IMG/VR virus record: IMGVR_UViG_3300036774_000032
Location: 1-60,640 of that record
From: a virus
Taxonomy: Duplodnaviria; Caudoviricetes
Length of the DNA stretch: 60,640 bases
Reading direction: 5' to 3' (one strand)
The notes under the pieces: generated by a model
What the model was told of the DNA's origin: nothing
Databases searched by the model: none
What the model saw: the letters and a program-made list of their open reading frames with translations, nothing else
In this document: piece after piece, positions 9,767 to 18,426 of the stretch
How positions within the stretch are numbered: the first letter of the stretch is position 1
How the letters are laid out: the number at the start of each line of letters is the position of its first letter
Translations under genes and position numbers: made by a program

Positions 9767-10363
9767 TCAGGCACCAGGTTCTCCAGCCCTCTGGCCTTCC
9801 ACAGACGACGCAGGGGGGAGGACCAGCTTGCGGAGGACGATTTCGAGGTTCTGCGTCTCGTTCCATGCGTTCGCCTCAATGGTCCACGGGCTCGGTTTGT
9901 AAATCTGCCAAGCCGGTTCGGTGTACGCGAAATACTTCGCCGTGTTCTCCGTCCATCCCTTCACGAAGGTCGGATCTTGCCGACAGGATGGGCTGCCGGC
10001 GTAGGCGACGGAGAGAATCAGCGCTCCCTTCGGACGGAGCACGCGCCAGCATTCGTTCATCACGGACATCACTTCCCATGGCGGAACCCGCTCGATCCGG
10101 TGGAAGCAAAACACCCGATCGAACACCTCCGCAACGAACGGCCATGGATAATCCGTGATCGCGTGAATAATCCCCTCGCCTTCTCGGGGCGTGTCCCACA
10201 TCGACACCGCCCCCTCTTGCTTGGCAAACACCGGGTTCAAGTCGAGCGTGACAATCCCGTTCGACTCCAAGAGATCCTTCCTGGCGAAGGCGGTCCGTTT
10301 TGGCGCGAGACGGATTCCTTCCGCCACCGTGTTACTAACGTGGTTCTGTCCCATCGGCGTCAA
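9767..10363 (-). CDS. SAM-dependent methyltransferase-like protein
   Basis: PWPF...FD...H.IE.V....MNECWRVLRPKG...QDPT pattern; motif I looks degenerate. Confidence 0.7.
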   Translation of the reverse strand: MTPMGQNHVSNTVAEGIRLAPKRTAFARKDLLESNGIVTLDLNPVFAKQEGAVSMWDTPREGEGIIHAITDYPWPFVAEVFDRVFCFHRIERVPPWEVMSVMNECWRVLRPKGALILSVAYAGSPSCRQDPTFVKGWTENTAKYFAYTEPAWQIYKPSPWTIEANAWNETQNLEIVLRKLVLPPASSVEGQRAGEPGA

Positions 10364-10418
10364 TCGCCTCCTTGGTGCGTCGGTTCGGAAGGGAACCGGA
10401 CGCTTGTGTCGTGTGGAT

Positions 10419-11123
10419 TCATGCCGGGACCTCGATCCCGTTGGCGCGTAAGGCCTCCTGCAATCGGAGGAGTTGTTGCTGGCACAAGTACCAGCGTCGA
10501 TAGGCGTTCATGTGAATCATTCGGTGTTCTCGCTTGGTCATAACGACCAAGTTTTCCTCTCTGTTGTCATTTGGGACGCCGTTGTCGTGATGTACTTCCT
10601 CACCTACAAGGAGAAAGCGTCCAATCTTTTTCTCGACAATGAGACGGTGAGCCATGACGTAACCGTTTCTCGCTTCCGGGTGCTCTGGAGCATAGATCCC
10701 TACATGACCACCAGTCTCTTTTCGAGTTCCTCCTTGCCAATTACTTGCGTTCTCACCACGTCGAGGACCCAGTTTACGAAGTCCTTCTTTTACGGCCTCA
10801 ATCCGATCGTAGTGCTTCCATCGAAGCCCGTGTCGTCTCACATGATCGGACACATTCCCGCTGCTCGTACCGAGTTCTCGTGCGATGTCAACCATCGTCC
10901 TGGTTTTCAGTTGCTCCTCAAGCCAGTCTCGGTTTTGCAGCAAGGGATATTTGGCCGTGCGCTTCCTGTTCCACGTCCGAGGCTTCCCGGAGAGTCCTAA
11001 CCGCTTCAACGTGTTCGTGAACGTGGTCTCACACACGCCAAGCACTCGCGCTGCCTCCGCCTGTGATACCGACTTACTGAGATACTCTCTTTCGATGTCC
11101 TCTCGCGTCAACCTAGCTGGCAT
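10419..11123 (-). CDS. Free-standing HNH homing endonuclease with two N-terminal HTH domains
   Basis: SQAEAARVLGV and TMVDIARELGTS helices; NWQGG; HRLIVE...VHHDNG..NDNR.ENL......H...H; lower GC than flanking genes. Confidence 0.9.
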   Translation of the reverse strand: MPARLTREDIEREYLSKSVSQAEAARVLGVCETTFTNTLKRLGLSGKPRTWNRKRTAKYPLLQNRDWLEEQLKTRTMVDIARELGTSSGNVSDHVRRHGLRWKHYDRIEAVKEGLRKLGPRRGENASNWQGGTRKETGGHVGIYAPEHPEARNGYVMAHRLIVEKKIGRFLLVGEEVHHDNGVPNDNREENLVVMTKREHRMIHMNAYRRWYLCQQQLLRLQEALRANGIEVPA

Positions 11124-11151
11124 CGCTGTCCTCCTTGTTCGGGTTTAGGAC

Positions 11152-11180
11152 AGTATACGCCAACCTAGTGGACTAATCAA
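11152..11180 (-). promoter_or_regulatory. Sigma70-type promoter for the HNH gene
   Basis: TTGATT-17 bp-TATACT upstream of AGGAGG and the ATG at 11123. Confidence 0.7.
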
Positions 11181-11185
11181 GAGGA

Positions 11186-11770
11186 TTATGCAAGTCCACT
11201 GAAAGAGAGCAGCCCAAGCACCTTTGCGATCATGTAACCAATTGTAAACAAAGGCGCTAGAGCAGCGAAGCTAACATCGTAGGTCGCTTGTACGTCCTGA
11301 TTCGTCCCCCACGCGCTCGTGGCGTAGGTCTTCCCACACAGGATCGTCCCGCCCGAGGTCGTGTTGTTGACGAGACCGATGTTCTGGATCGTTACGCCCC
11401 CGGTCAGGTGCGAATCCGAGCTGGCCCAGGTCGCCGTGAAGCGCGCCGTCTTGCTGGCTACGTTCGCCGTAGTGACCGCCACGCGGTTTCTCGACGTGAC
11501 ATGCTGGATCTCGGCGGGCAGGCTCGCAGCCGTCACGTCCGGGTTGGTTCCGGTCCCGAGGCACATGCGCCCGACGGCCTTGGCGGAACCGCCGAGCAGA
11601 GGCGTCACGAGGTAGCCGCTGAACCCGTCGTTGACGACGACGTTCTCCTGCCATCCGGAGTCTCCGGCCTCGCTCCCGTCCTGATTGATGATCTTGACCC
11701 GGAAGAACCCACGGACCTTCGCCTTCTCCTCAAGCACTGACTCCCGCTTTCCCCGCTTAGCCATCGACAT
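11186..11770 (-). CDS. Tail-collar/fibre-type structural protein
   Basis: ENVVVNDG, MCLGTGT, LPAEI, NIGL.N...G.IL pattern of collar-fibre N-terminal-like domains, plus a hydrophobic C-terminal extension. Confidence 0.6.
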   Translation of the reverse strand: MSMAKRGKRESVLEEKAKVRGFFRVKIINQDGSEAGDSGWQENVVVNDGFSGYLVTPLLGGSAKAVGRMCLGTGTNPDVTAASLPAEIQHVTSRNRVAVTTANVASKTARFTATWASSDSHLTGGVTIQNIGLVNNTTSGGTILCGKTYATSAWGTNQDVQATYDVSFAALAPLFTIGYMIAKVLGLLSFSGLA

Positions 11771-12011
11771 GACCCTCCTCGTGACCGATGATCCGGACGG
11801 TGGGGTGATCGGTCACACTCACCCCGTCCCTGGGAATCTGCCGCTCGACATAGCGCAGATCGCTGCACACCTTGGCGAGCTGAGCGGCGATCTGCTCGGC
11901 CAGGTCCACTGGAAAGAGATGGGTTTCGGGCTCGGCATCTTTGTAGAGGAACTGCAGCGCCGCCCGCTCTCCATACGTCCCAACTTCCACTTTCTCGATG
12001 TGCTTCTCCAT
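11757..12011 (-). CDS. Hypothetical 84-aa protein carrying one copy of the neighbour's repeat motif
   Basis: GGAGGG RBS then MEKHIEKV...; contains DGVSVTDHPTV. Confidence 0.65.
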   Translation of the reverse strand: MEKHIEKVEVGTYGERAALQFLYKDAEPETHLFPVDLAEQIAAQLAKVCSDLRYVERQIPRDGVSVTDHPTVRIIGHEEGHVDG

Positions 12012-12013
12012 GG

Positions 12014-13630
12014 TTAGGCCCTCCGGCGGCGCCGCATCAACAGCAGGCCGCCTGTTGGAAACGTGAGCGTCTCGATCACAATGACCGAGTCCGCCACGTC
12101 GATAAAGCGACTCCCCGAAAGCGTATGGTCGATATCTTCCGCCAGGGTGATCGCATCCGTCGCCAGCATCCGCAGGGGTGTGAGGAATCCGGCCGGAGAC
12201 TCCGTGATCGTCACGGCCTCCGTGGTTTGAATCTCGATCATTTTCACTGTCTCCAGCGTCGGCGTATCCGACACGGTAATCGAATCGCTCGCCTCCGGTT
12301 TGAGCGCCGTCAGCAGGGGTGTCACGGTTTCCGTCAGGGTGATCGTATCCTCGACCGCCGGCAAGATCGTGCCGGCATTCAGGACGTTGACGGATGGGAC
12401 ATCGTCCACAGTGATGGCGGTTGTCACCCACACGGACCACCCACCAAAGAATTCGACGGCGGTCTCCGTGATCGTCACGGCTTCAGAGACGAAGAGAGGG
12501 ATGGACAGCGTCGGGGAGATGTTCGCCCCGGTATTCTCGATCAGGTTTACTGTTTCGGTGAGGTTGATATAGGACTTGAATGATACGTGAACGGTTTCCG
12601 TCACGGTCACGTCTTCTCCCGGTCCGATCCAGCTTGGGAAGAGGTCAACGTGATCGGTCGGGAGACTATCCGTGACGGTGATGGCGTCGCTCACACTGGG
12701 GTAGATGGTCCCACGAGTCCCCGCATCGGTCACGGTATCGGTAACGGTGATGGACTCCGAAACTGAGACCTTGAGCACGGGGAGGATAACGGTCGGAGAA
12801 TCGGAGACCGTGATCGCCTCGCTGGCGAGTTTGGTGATGGTCTCAACGGAGGAGAGAGTGAGCGACGAGGATTCTGTGATTGTGATGCTATCGAGCGCGG
12901 TCGGGATCCCCGTGAGAACCACGGTGGGGGTGTCTGTGATGGTAACGGCGCTGCTGACGTTCGGCAGGTCCGCGCCGTAGGTGAGGGTGACGGTTTCCGT
13001 CAGGGTGACGTCCTCGGAGACGGAGGGGGAGGGGGCCGCAAGCACTTCCCCCGTCCCCTGCCACCGTGCAAACCAGTTATAGCCATTAGAATCGTCAAAC
13101 ATCGAAAAGATTCCCGGAGAACCTGCGGCCAGTTCTGCCCCGCCACCCCCGGCGATATTCGTCAATCCTGTCAGGGCGGATCCGTTATGGTAGACCGTTA
13201 GGTTGTGCCCGGTGTCAATCTCCAGTTCGGTTCGCGCTCCGGCGGTCAGGGTGCCATGTGCCGCCGTCGTCAGTTCGGTGGCGATATGGTTGACCACGCG
13301 GCACAGTCGACAGTTCCCGGAGGCAAAGTCCGCCCGATAGTAGGTGGCAGAGTCCGACTGTGCGCGGACGATAAGTCCCGGCCCGTTGCCAACGCCGGTC
13401 GTGTAAAAGATGATGCTGGATTTTTGTGCGGCTCCCCAACCAGACCCAGAATAATAGCGGGCGAATCCGTACCCGTTGCCGATGCTCCCTGCTCCGCTCA
13501 GCCAGTAATACCCTGTCCCAAACGGGCCGTTATAGGGACCATAGAATTTAAGGTCCCCAATCTCGATATCCGCAGGCTTCGTCCAGTTGGCGCTAAATGA
13601 TCCGCTCGCAAAGTCGTCAGAGATTGCCAT
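12014..13630 (-). CDS. Ser/Thr-rich fibre/scaffold protein: N-terminal lectin-like domain plus 15 repeats
   Basis: Beta-sandwich-like N-terminus followed by [ST][DE]x[IV]T[IVL][ST][DE] units every 20-24 aa. Confidence 0.7.
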   Translation of the reverse strand: MAISDDFASGSFSANWTKPADIEIGDLKFYGPYNGPFGTGYYWLSGAGSIGNGYGFARYYSGSGWGAAQKSSIIFYTTGVGNGPGLIVRAQSDSATYYRADFASGNCRLCRVVNHIATELTTAAHGTLTAGARTELEIDTGHNLTVYHNGSALTGLTNIAGGGGAELAAGSPGIFSMFDDSNGYNWFARWQGTGEVLAAPSPSVSEDVTLTETVTLTYGADLPNVSSAVTITDTPTVVLTGIPTALDSITITESSSLTLSSVETITKLASEAITVSDSPTVILPVLKVSVSESITVTDTVTDAGTRGTIYPSVSDAITVTDSLPTDHVDLFPSWIGPGEDVTVTETVHVSFKSYINLTETVNLIENTGANISPTLSIPLFVSEAVTITETAVEFFGGWSVWVTTAITVDDVPSVNVLNAGTILPAVEDTITLTETVTPLLTALKPEASDSITVSDTPTLETVKMIEIQTTEAVTITESPAGFLTPLRMLATDAITLAEDIDHTLSGSRFIDVADSVIVIETLTFPTGGLLLMRRRRRA

Positions 13631-13644
13631 GCTGTACCCCTACC

Positions 13645-14727
13645 TTACGCTGGGTCCGCGATGTCCTGCGTCGAGATGATGATTTCATCAATCCATTTCT
13701 CATGGATTCCGCAGACTTCCGTGGGGTCGTGCTCGGTCACATAGGTGTTGATCCAGATTTTCCCAAACTCGCCACCCTCAACGGCTGGTTCATCTACACT
13801 CCCATCTGGCGTGCGATAGATGGGATAGGTGCTTCCCGGCCAGCCATCATTCGAGTCGATATGGAGGATGCTTGGGCTGTGCTCCTGCGCCACCCACATG
13901 CGAATGCGCGAGGAGCCGGTATTCCAGGTCCCGATGTTGAAGCAGAGTTTCACAGTCATCCAGGTGTTCGGGATGATGTCGGGGCAGCAGTTATACTTAT
14001 CGTCATTGGCGTCACTTGTCGTATCCAGATACCGCAAACACCGATAGGGGGTTGTCGGATTGTGGGTAAAAACGCGATCATTCCCGACCATGAAGGACAA
14101 ATTCTCGTAGGGCTTATTGTTGTATGGAATGACCTCATATCCACATTGGTAGAAGCATGGACTAAGCCGGGGACGCCAGATACCACCACTCAAGGTGGGA
14201 TACAAGCCTCCGAGAGTCACCACCGCTTCAAGGTCCGAGTGGGACATGGCCGCTACGCCCGGCTTGTCGCCCATCCCCACATAGAGAATCTTCGCAGTGC
14301 TCGTGTACGTTCCATCACCGACATGTTTGTAGGCGCGGAAGGCTTCGTCGCTGAATCGCATGCGAAACTGCACGTAGAAGGTGTCGCCCTCGCCAAACTG
14401 AACGGAGTTATCGGCGGTGAAGCGATAGCCAAGGTCGCCCGTGGGTTTGGTAGAAAAGACGCTCGGACAGGTCCATTTGAGCGAGCCCGTGCCGCTGGAC
14501 TTCACCGCCGTGTCTGCCGAAGCGCGGAGGTAGAAATCGTTGTCGCCATACTGCGAACTTGGATTGGAGTCCGACGCTCCGTAAATCTCCGAGGCGTTGT
14601 TGATGATGTCGGCCATGGTGTTGAACTTGAGGGCTCGGATCACCCCATTCGCGGGATTTGAACGTGCCGCGAAGTCAGCGTCGGCATTCGGGACAGTAAC
14701 CGATTTGAGGAATAGCGCCAACGACAT
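13645..14727 (-). CDS. ConA / polysaccharide-lyase-like beta-sandwich protein
   Basis: FYVQFRMRFS...KI...IRMWV...WIDEIIIST pattern; start at MSLALFLKSV. Confidence 0.55.
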   Translation of the reverse strand: MSLALFLKSVTVPNADADFAARSNPANGVIRALKFNTMADIINNASEIYGASDSNPSSQYGDNDFYLRASADTAVKSSGTGSLKWTCPSVFSTKPTGDLGYRFTADNSVQFGEGDTFYVQFRMRFSDEAFRAYKHVGDGTYTSTAKILYVGMGDKPGVAAMSHSDLEAVVTLGGLYPTLSGGIWRPRLSPCFYQCGYEVIPYNNKPYENLSFMVGNDRVFTHNPTTPYRCLRYLDTTSDANDDKYNCCPDIIPNTWMTVKLCFNIGTWNTGSSRIRMWVAQEHSPSILHIDSNDGWPGSTYPIYRTPDGSVDEPAVEGGEFGKIWINTYVTEHDPTEVCGIHEKWIDEIIISTQDIADPA

Positions 14728-14728
14728 C

Positions 14729-15739
14729 TTAGATTCCTTTGTAGACGAACATTCTTGGAGTGCCGCCATAGTTGTTCGTCACATACAACGTCACGCTATA
14801 GGTGGAGATCGGCGCGGAGAAGTAGCCACTGTAGTTCCCGTCCAACTTCATCGCGGCAAGGAGTTTGCTCGACTTGTCCACGCTTGTCCCTGTCGCTCCA
14901 TCATAGGCATAGAACACATCCCACAATGCCGTGCCGGAGCAGAGGTAGAATAAAAACTTCCCGGTCCCCGGATCAACGCACACCCGCGCCTGATTTGGAC
15001 CGCAACCGATAGCGCAGGGGAGTGTCCCTGGAGCGGCAGGACAGTTTCCAGCACTGTCAAGGATGTAGGCAGTCGTGGTATGATTATTTCCCCCACCCAG
15101 GAGCACCTTCCCCGTTGCAGAGTTGTACTCCGCAATAACGTGATTCTCATTTGTCGCCAAACCAGACGTGATCTGGCTCCATGCCGATCCATTCCATAGA
15201 TGCAAGTAGCCATGATTTAGGTAGAGCAGACCGGACATCTCAGGGTAATACGCGATGGCAGCCGTGTAATTGATGTCAAGATTCGGTGGGTCGGTGATCG
15301 TGCTCCACGTTGCGGTCCCGATGGCGTACTGGCGTAAGGGGCCATACTGCCCCTGCCGATAGTAAATAATCCCCGTGGCGGGATTGACGGCCATACCATC
15401 GTACGCATGGAACACGCCGTTGATTATCCCCCCATACCACGCCTGGTCCGTCAGTTTCACCCAGGCATTCGTGGCATCATCCCAGGACCAAAACGCCTGG
15501 TTTGGGGTCACGTCGGTGGTATGGGAACCCCCAAGGAGATAAAATTTCTTCCCCGTAGAGTCCCACACGCCGCTGTCCGAATATTGCATCAGCGACCCGG
15601 CCCCGAACTTGAAGATGTCCACGGAGAGTCCGGAAAATCCGGTCAACTCCGCGAAGGAGTCGGCGGACATCCCGGCGACAAGTTGGGCGAGAGCGGAGTT
15701 TCCGCCCACTACACTCTTTAAGAATAGAGCGAGGCTCAT
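14729..15739 (-). CDS. Kelch / beta-propeller-like virion protein
   Basis: Repeated YLLGG / VLLGGG and W(D/N)...W blade-like motifs; starts MSLALFLKSV. Confidence 0.55.
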   Translation of the reverse strand: MSLALFLKSVVGGNSALAQLVAGMSADSFAELTGFSGLSVDIFKFGAGSLMQYSDSGVWDSTGKKFYLLGGSHTTDVTPNQAFWSWDDATNAWVKLTDQAWYGGIINGVFHAYDGMAVNPATGIIYYRQGQYGPLRQYAIGTATWSTITDPPNLDINYTAAIAYYPEMSGLLYLNHGYLHLWNGSAWSQITSGLATNENHVIAEYNSATGKVLLGGGNNHTTTAYILDSAGNCPAAPGTLPCAIGCGPNQARVCVDPGTGKFLFYLCSGTALWDVFYAYDGATGTSVDKSSKLLAAMKLDGNYSGYFSAPISTYSVTLYVTNNYGGTPRMFVYKGI

Positions 15740-15740
15740 A

Positions 15741-15938
15741 CTAACTCCCGATCAGTTTGCCCTGCGCCACGACGGCCACGTCGAGGGATTTCTGGAATTC
15801 GACCGACGACGCCACGTATCCCGGCACAGGGGATGCGACGGTTCCGGCCGGCAACTCCAGTTGAAGGATAACCGGCGCCGTGTCCGGTAACGCTGCCGCG
15901 ACTGCCACCGCCTTGACCTGCCCCCATGTCATTGCCAT
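15741..15938 (-). CDS. Hypothetical protein
   Basis: AAGGAG RBS; coupled to its neighbours. Confidence 0.6.
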   Translation of the reverse strand: MAMTWGQVKAVAVAAALPDTAPVILQLELPAGTVASPVPGYVASSVEFQKSLDVAVVAQGKLIGS

Positions 15939-16267
15939 TGTCGGTCTCCTTTCACTGCGGGTTTCTCGTCTTGGAGTGAATCTACCTGATCGACCAAGGA
16001 AGGCCCCTCGGGAGCCCCACTGACGTTATCCACCTCGACCGTCTTGGCCTTGATGTCCAGTGACCCTCCGAATTCATGATGGGAGAAGCCGGTCACGGTT
16101 CCCTCCACGATGATCCGGGCCGTCTTTCCGAGGCCGAGGGACTGGACGTCTCCCGTCAGGCTGACGGAGGGCCCGTCTTCCCCATCCGCTCCAGGCCAAC
16201 TGATATGGACCGTCGGATCCCCCTTCGGGGCCGTCGGCATCCCAACTCCTGCCTGTACCTTCGCCAT
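15929..16267 (-). CDS. Hypothetical protein (OB-like) with scaffold-like C-terminal motif
   Basis: AAGGAG RBS; contains PSLVDQVDSLQ. Confidence 0.65.
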   Translation of the reverse strand: MAKVQAGVGMPTAPKGDPTVHISWPGADGEDGPSVSLTGDVQSLGLGKTARIIVEGTVTGFSHHEFGGSLDIKAKTVEVDNVSGAPEGPSLVDQVDSLQDEKPAVKGDRQWQ

Positions 16268-16276
16268 AGTGCTCCT

Positions 16277-16681
16277 TTACACGCGCTCGGGTGCCTGCGC
16301 GGATAGTCCTGCGTCCTCCGGTCGGAACTTGATTTCCTTCTTGCCTACCTTCTTGCGCTTCCGGACGTCGGTGATCTTCTCCTTGGGGGCCTTGCCTGAC
16401 GCGACGCGGTCGAGGAATTCCCGAAAGAGCGCCTTGGTCTTGGTGAGGTCCTTGTCGGGATCGTCGAACCACGCCTGCGCGACCTCCTCGGTGATCGGCG
16501 AACCGTCCTGGGTGAAGAAGCTCGTGCCCCGCTGGAAGATTGAGGGCTTGGGGGCCGTGCCCTTCTCAAAGAGCGTCTTCTGCCCTCCCATCATCCCCAT
16601 GACGGGAGGCTTTCCCTGATCGACAAACGCTCGGTCGTAGTCCAACTTCTTTCCGTTGGGCAATACCATCACTGCGCTCAT
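16277..16681 (-). CDS. Hypothetical Lys-rich protein
   Basis: AGGGAG RBS before MSAVMVLP; codon usage typical of the genome. Confidence 0.65.
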   Translation of the reverse strand: MSAVMVLPNGKKLDYDRAFVDQGKPPVMGMMGGQKTLFEKGTAPKPSIFQRGTSFFTQDGSPITEEVAQAWFDDPDKDLTKTKALFREFLDRVASGKAPKEKITDVRKRKKVGKKEIKFRPEDAGLSAQAPERV

Positions 16682-16683
16682 GG

Positions 16684-17835
16684 CTATCTCCCTGTTGCTT
16701 CCCAGCATGCGACGATGCCGAGAGCAAACAAATTGACCGGCCACGTCCGCCAGGGCATATACCCGAGGGACAGGACGGCCAAGGCGACCAGCGATCCAAA
16801 CAGGCCCGCCTCCAATGGGCTGACCCCACCCGCCACGCGGATGGCCGCTGTGCCAAGATAGCCCAATGCACAGAGGACAGGCAACGGACCGCACTCTAAG
16901 AGCGTTTCAAGCCAATCGTTATGCAACCACATCCAAATGCGTTCTCCTTCTTTCGGTGTCTGAACGCGCATCCCCAACCACCCGCCCAGGCCAATGCCGA
17001 GGCCGTGATTCCTCCGGATCATCCGGGAGGCAACCTCCCAGGCTTCCCAACGGGGATCGTTGACGAGGTGCCGTCGCGCGAAGGGATAGACTGCCAGGGA
17101 CAGCGAACCCATCAGTATTGACGGGAGAGCAAACCCCGCGGTGGTTCCGACCACGAGACAGCCCGCCACGGCTGACGCGGTACACGTCAGACTGTCCGCT
17201 TTGATGAGATGCCACCCAGCCAGAGCAACCCAGATCGCGCCAGCCACCGTCAACCACGGATTGCCGGTCCAGAAGAGGGACACCCCGACCGGAAGTAGGA
17301 TCGTGTTGATCGCCGCGACCTTCCATTCGTTGTGCAGGAAGGCGGTCGGTCGGCGGACCACCTCGCCAATCGGGCCAAAGGCCGCATCCTTCCACACCCA
17401 CCGTTTGATCCCGCGGTACACCTGGAGCATCCCGACGGAGTTGTTGTAGGCGGACAGGACGAGGAGGACACCCAGGAGCGGCCAAACGGTCGTCAGCCAC
17501 ATCGAGGCGGTCAACACGCCCAGGACCACGATCCAGGTGCTCAGCATGACAAGCTGGCCCGAGGCCTGGACAGGATCGGCGAGGGCAATCGTCCACTTCC
17601 GCTCGAGGCTCAGGAGGCTGATCGGGAGGGCGAGCGCGACGGTGAGCAGGAATGCGCCGATCCACGGTGAGGGGGCGAGTGTCGCGCAGACACTCGCCCC
17701 CAGGATGGCCGCCACGATGCCCCGGCTCTGATGATACGTGCAGAACCGGAGTTGGAGGCTCCACAGGACGCAGGCCAGCGCTCCGACGCTCAGGAACGCG
17801 ACTAGAGACCAGGCCGGCGCAAGCAGCGGGACCAT
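16684..17835 (-). CDS. O-antigen ligase / O-oligosaccharyltransferase family membrane protein (Wzy_C-like)
   Basis: Many TM helices; R...W..A..MI....GLGIGLG and HNDWLE..LE.G motifs. Confidence 0.8.
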   Translation of the reverse strand: MVPLLAPAWSLVAFLSVGALACVLWSLQLRFCTYHQSRGIVAAILGASVCATLAPSPWIGAFLLTVALALPISLLSLERKWTIALADPVQASGQLVMLSTWIVVLGVLTASMWLTTVWPLLGVLLVLSAYNNSVGMLQVYRGIKRWVWKDAAFGPIGEVVRRPTAFLHNEWKVAAINTILLPVGVSLFWTGNPWLTVAGAIWVALAGWHLIKADSLTCTASAVAGCLVVGTTAGFALPSILMGSLSLAVYPFARRHLVNDPRWEAWEVASRMIRRNHGLGIGLGGWLGMRVQTPKEGERIWMWLHNDWLETLLECGPLPVLCALGYLGTAAIRVAGGVSPLEAGLFGSLVALAVLSLGYMPWRTWPVNLFALGIVACWEATGR

Positions 17836-17847
17836 GGACGGATGCCC

Positions 17848-18312
17848 CTACCAGCCGAAGACTTCAGCGAGCAGCGTCTGGGCCGCCACCGCGGCGCCCG
17901 TCTTGATCTCCTTCAGGCTGCCGAAGTAGTACGTCCCGGCTTCGGCATCACTCCCGAGTCCGAGGACCATCCCCGTGGTGCCGAGGATGTCGGTGGTGTT
18001 GTTTACTTGAAAGTCGTCGATGGTCGCGCTGCCGGCCGCCGACACGGTCACGCCCGGGATGAATCCCCGGAGCTTGTTGTTCGTCTTGTCGTACTGCCAG
18101 ACGATTCCCGACCCTCCGGGGTCGAAAATCTTCATGTTGAGGTCGCGGACCATCCCGAAATTTCCGATGGCCGGCATCGGGACGCCCCCACTCGGGTAGG
18201 TCAGGGCGCTGTTTCCAAATGCGATGGTTGCCAGGCCACGCCGCTGCCCGGCAATGGCCATATCTTCTCTGTTGCACGTGATGGTGACGTTGGTTGCCGC
18301 AATCGCTGCCAT
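17848..18312 (-). CDS. Putative head decoration / minor structural protein
   Basis: TYPSGG and YDK.N.KL motifs; strong RBS; near the capsid gene. Confidence 0.6.
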   Translation of the reverse strand: MAAIAATNVTITCNREDMAIAGQRRGLATIAFGNSALTYPSGGVPMPAIGNFGMVRDLNMKIFDPGGSGIVWQYDKTNNKLRGFIPGVTVSAAGSATIDDFQVNNTTDILGTTGMVLGLGSDAEAGTYYFGSLKEIKTGAAVAAQTLLAEVFGW

Positions 18313-18426
18313 GTGGTGTTCTCCTTGACCTCGACCTTGACCCTCCCGGCGCTTCGCCGATCCCAGGGGCCTGGCTCTCGCCTAGCGAGGTTGGATAGTG
18401 GGGGCCGACCCGTGCCGGCCCCCGGG

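Noticed and set aside
980-15739. Diversity-generating retroelement or invertible tail-fibre cassette
   Set aside because: I saw no reverse transcriptase, recombinase or near-identical TR/VR nucleotide pair.
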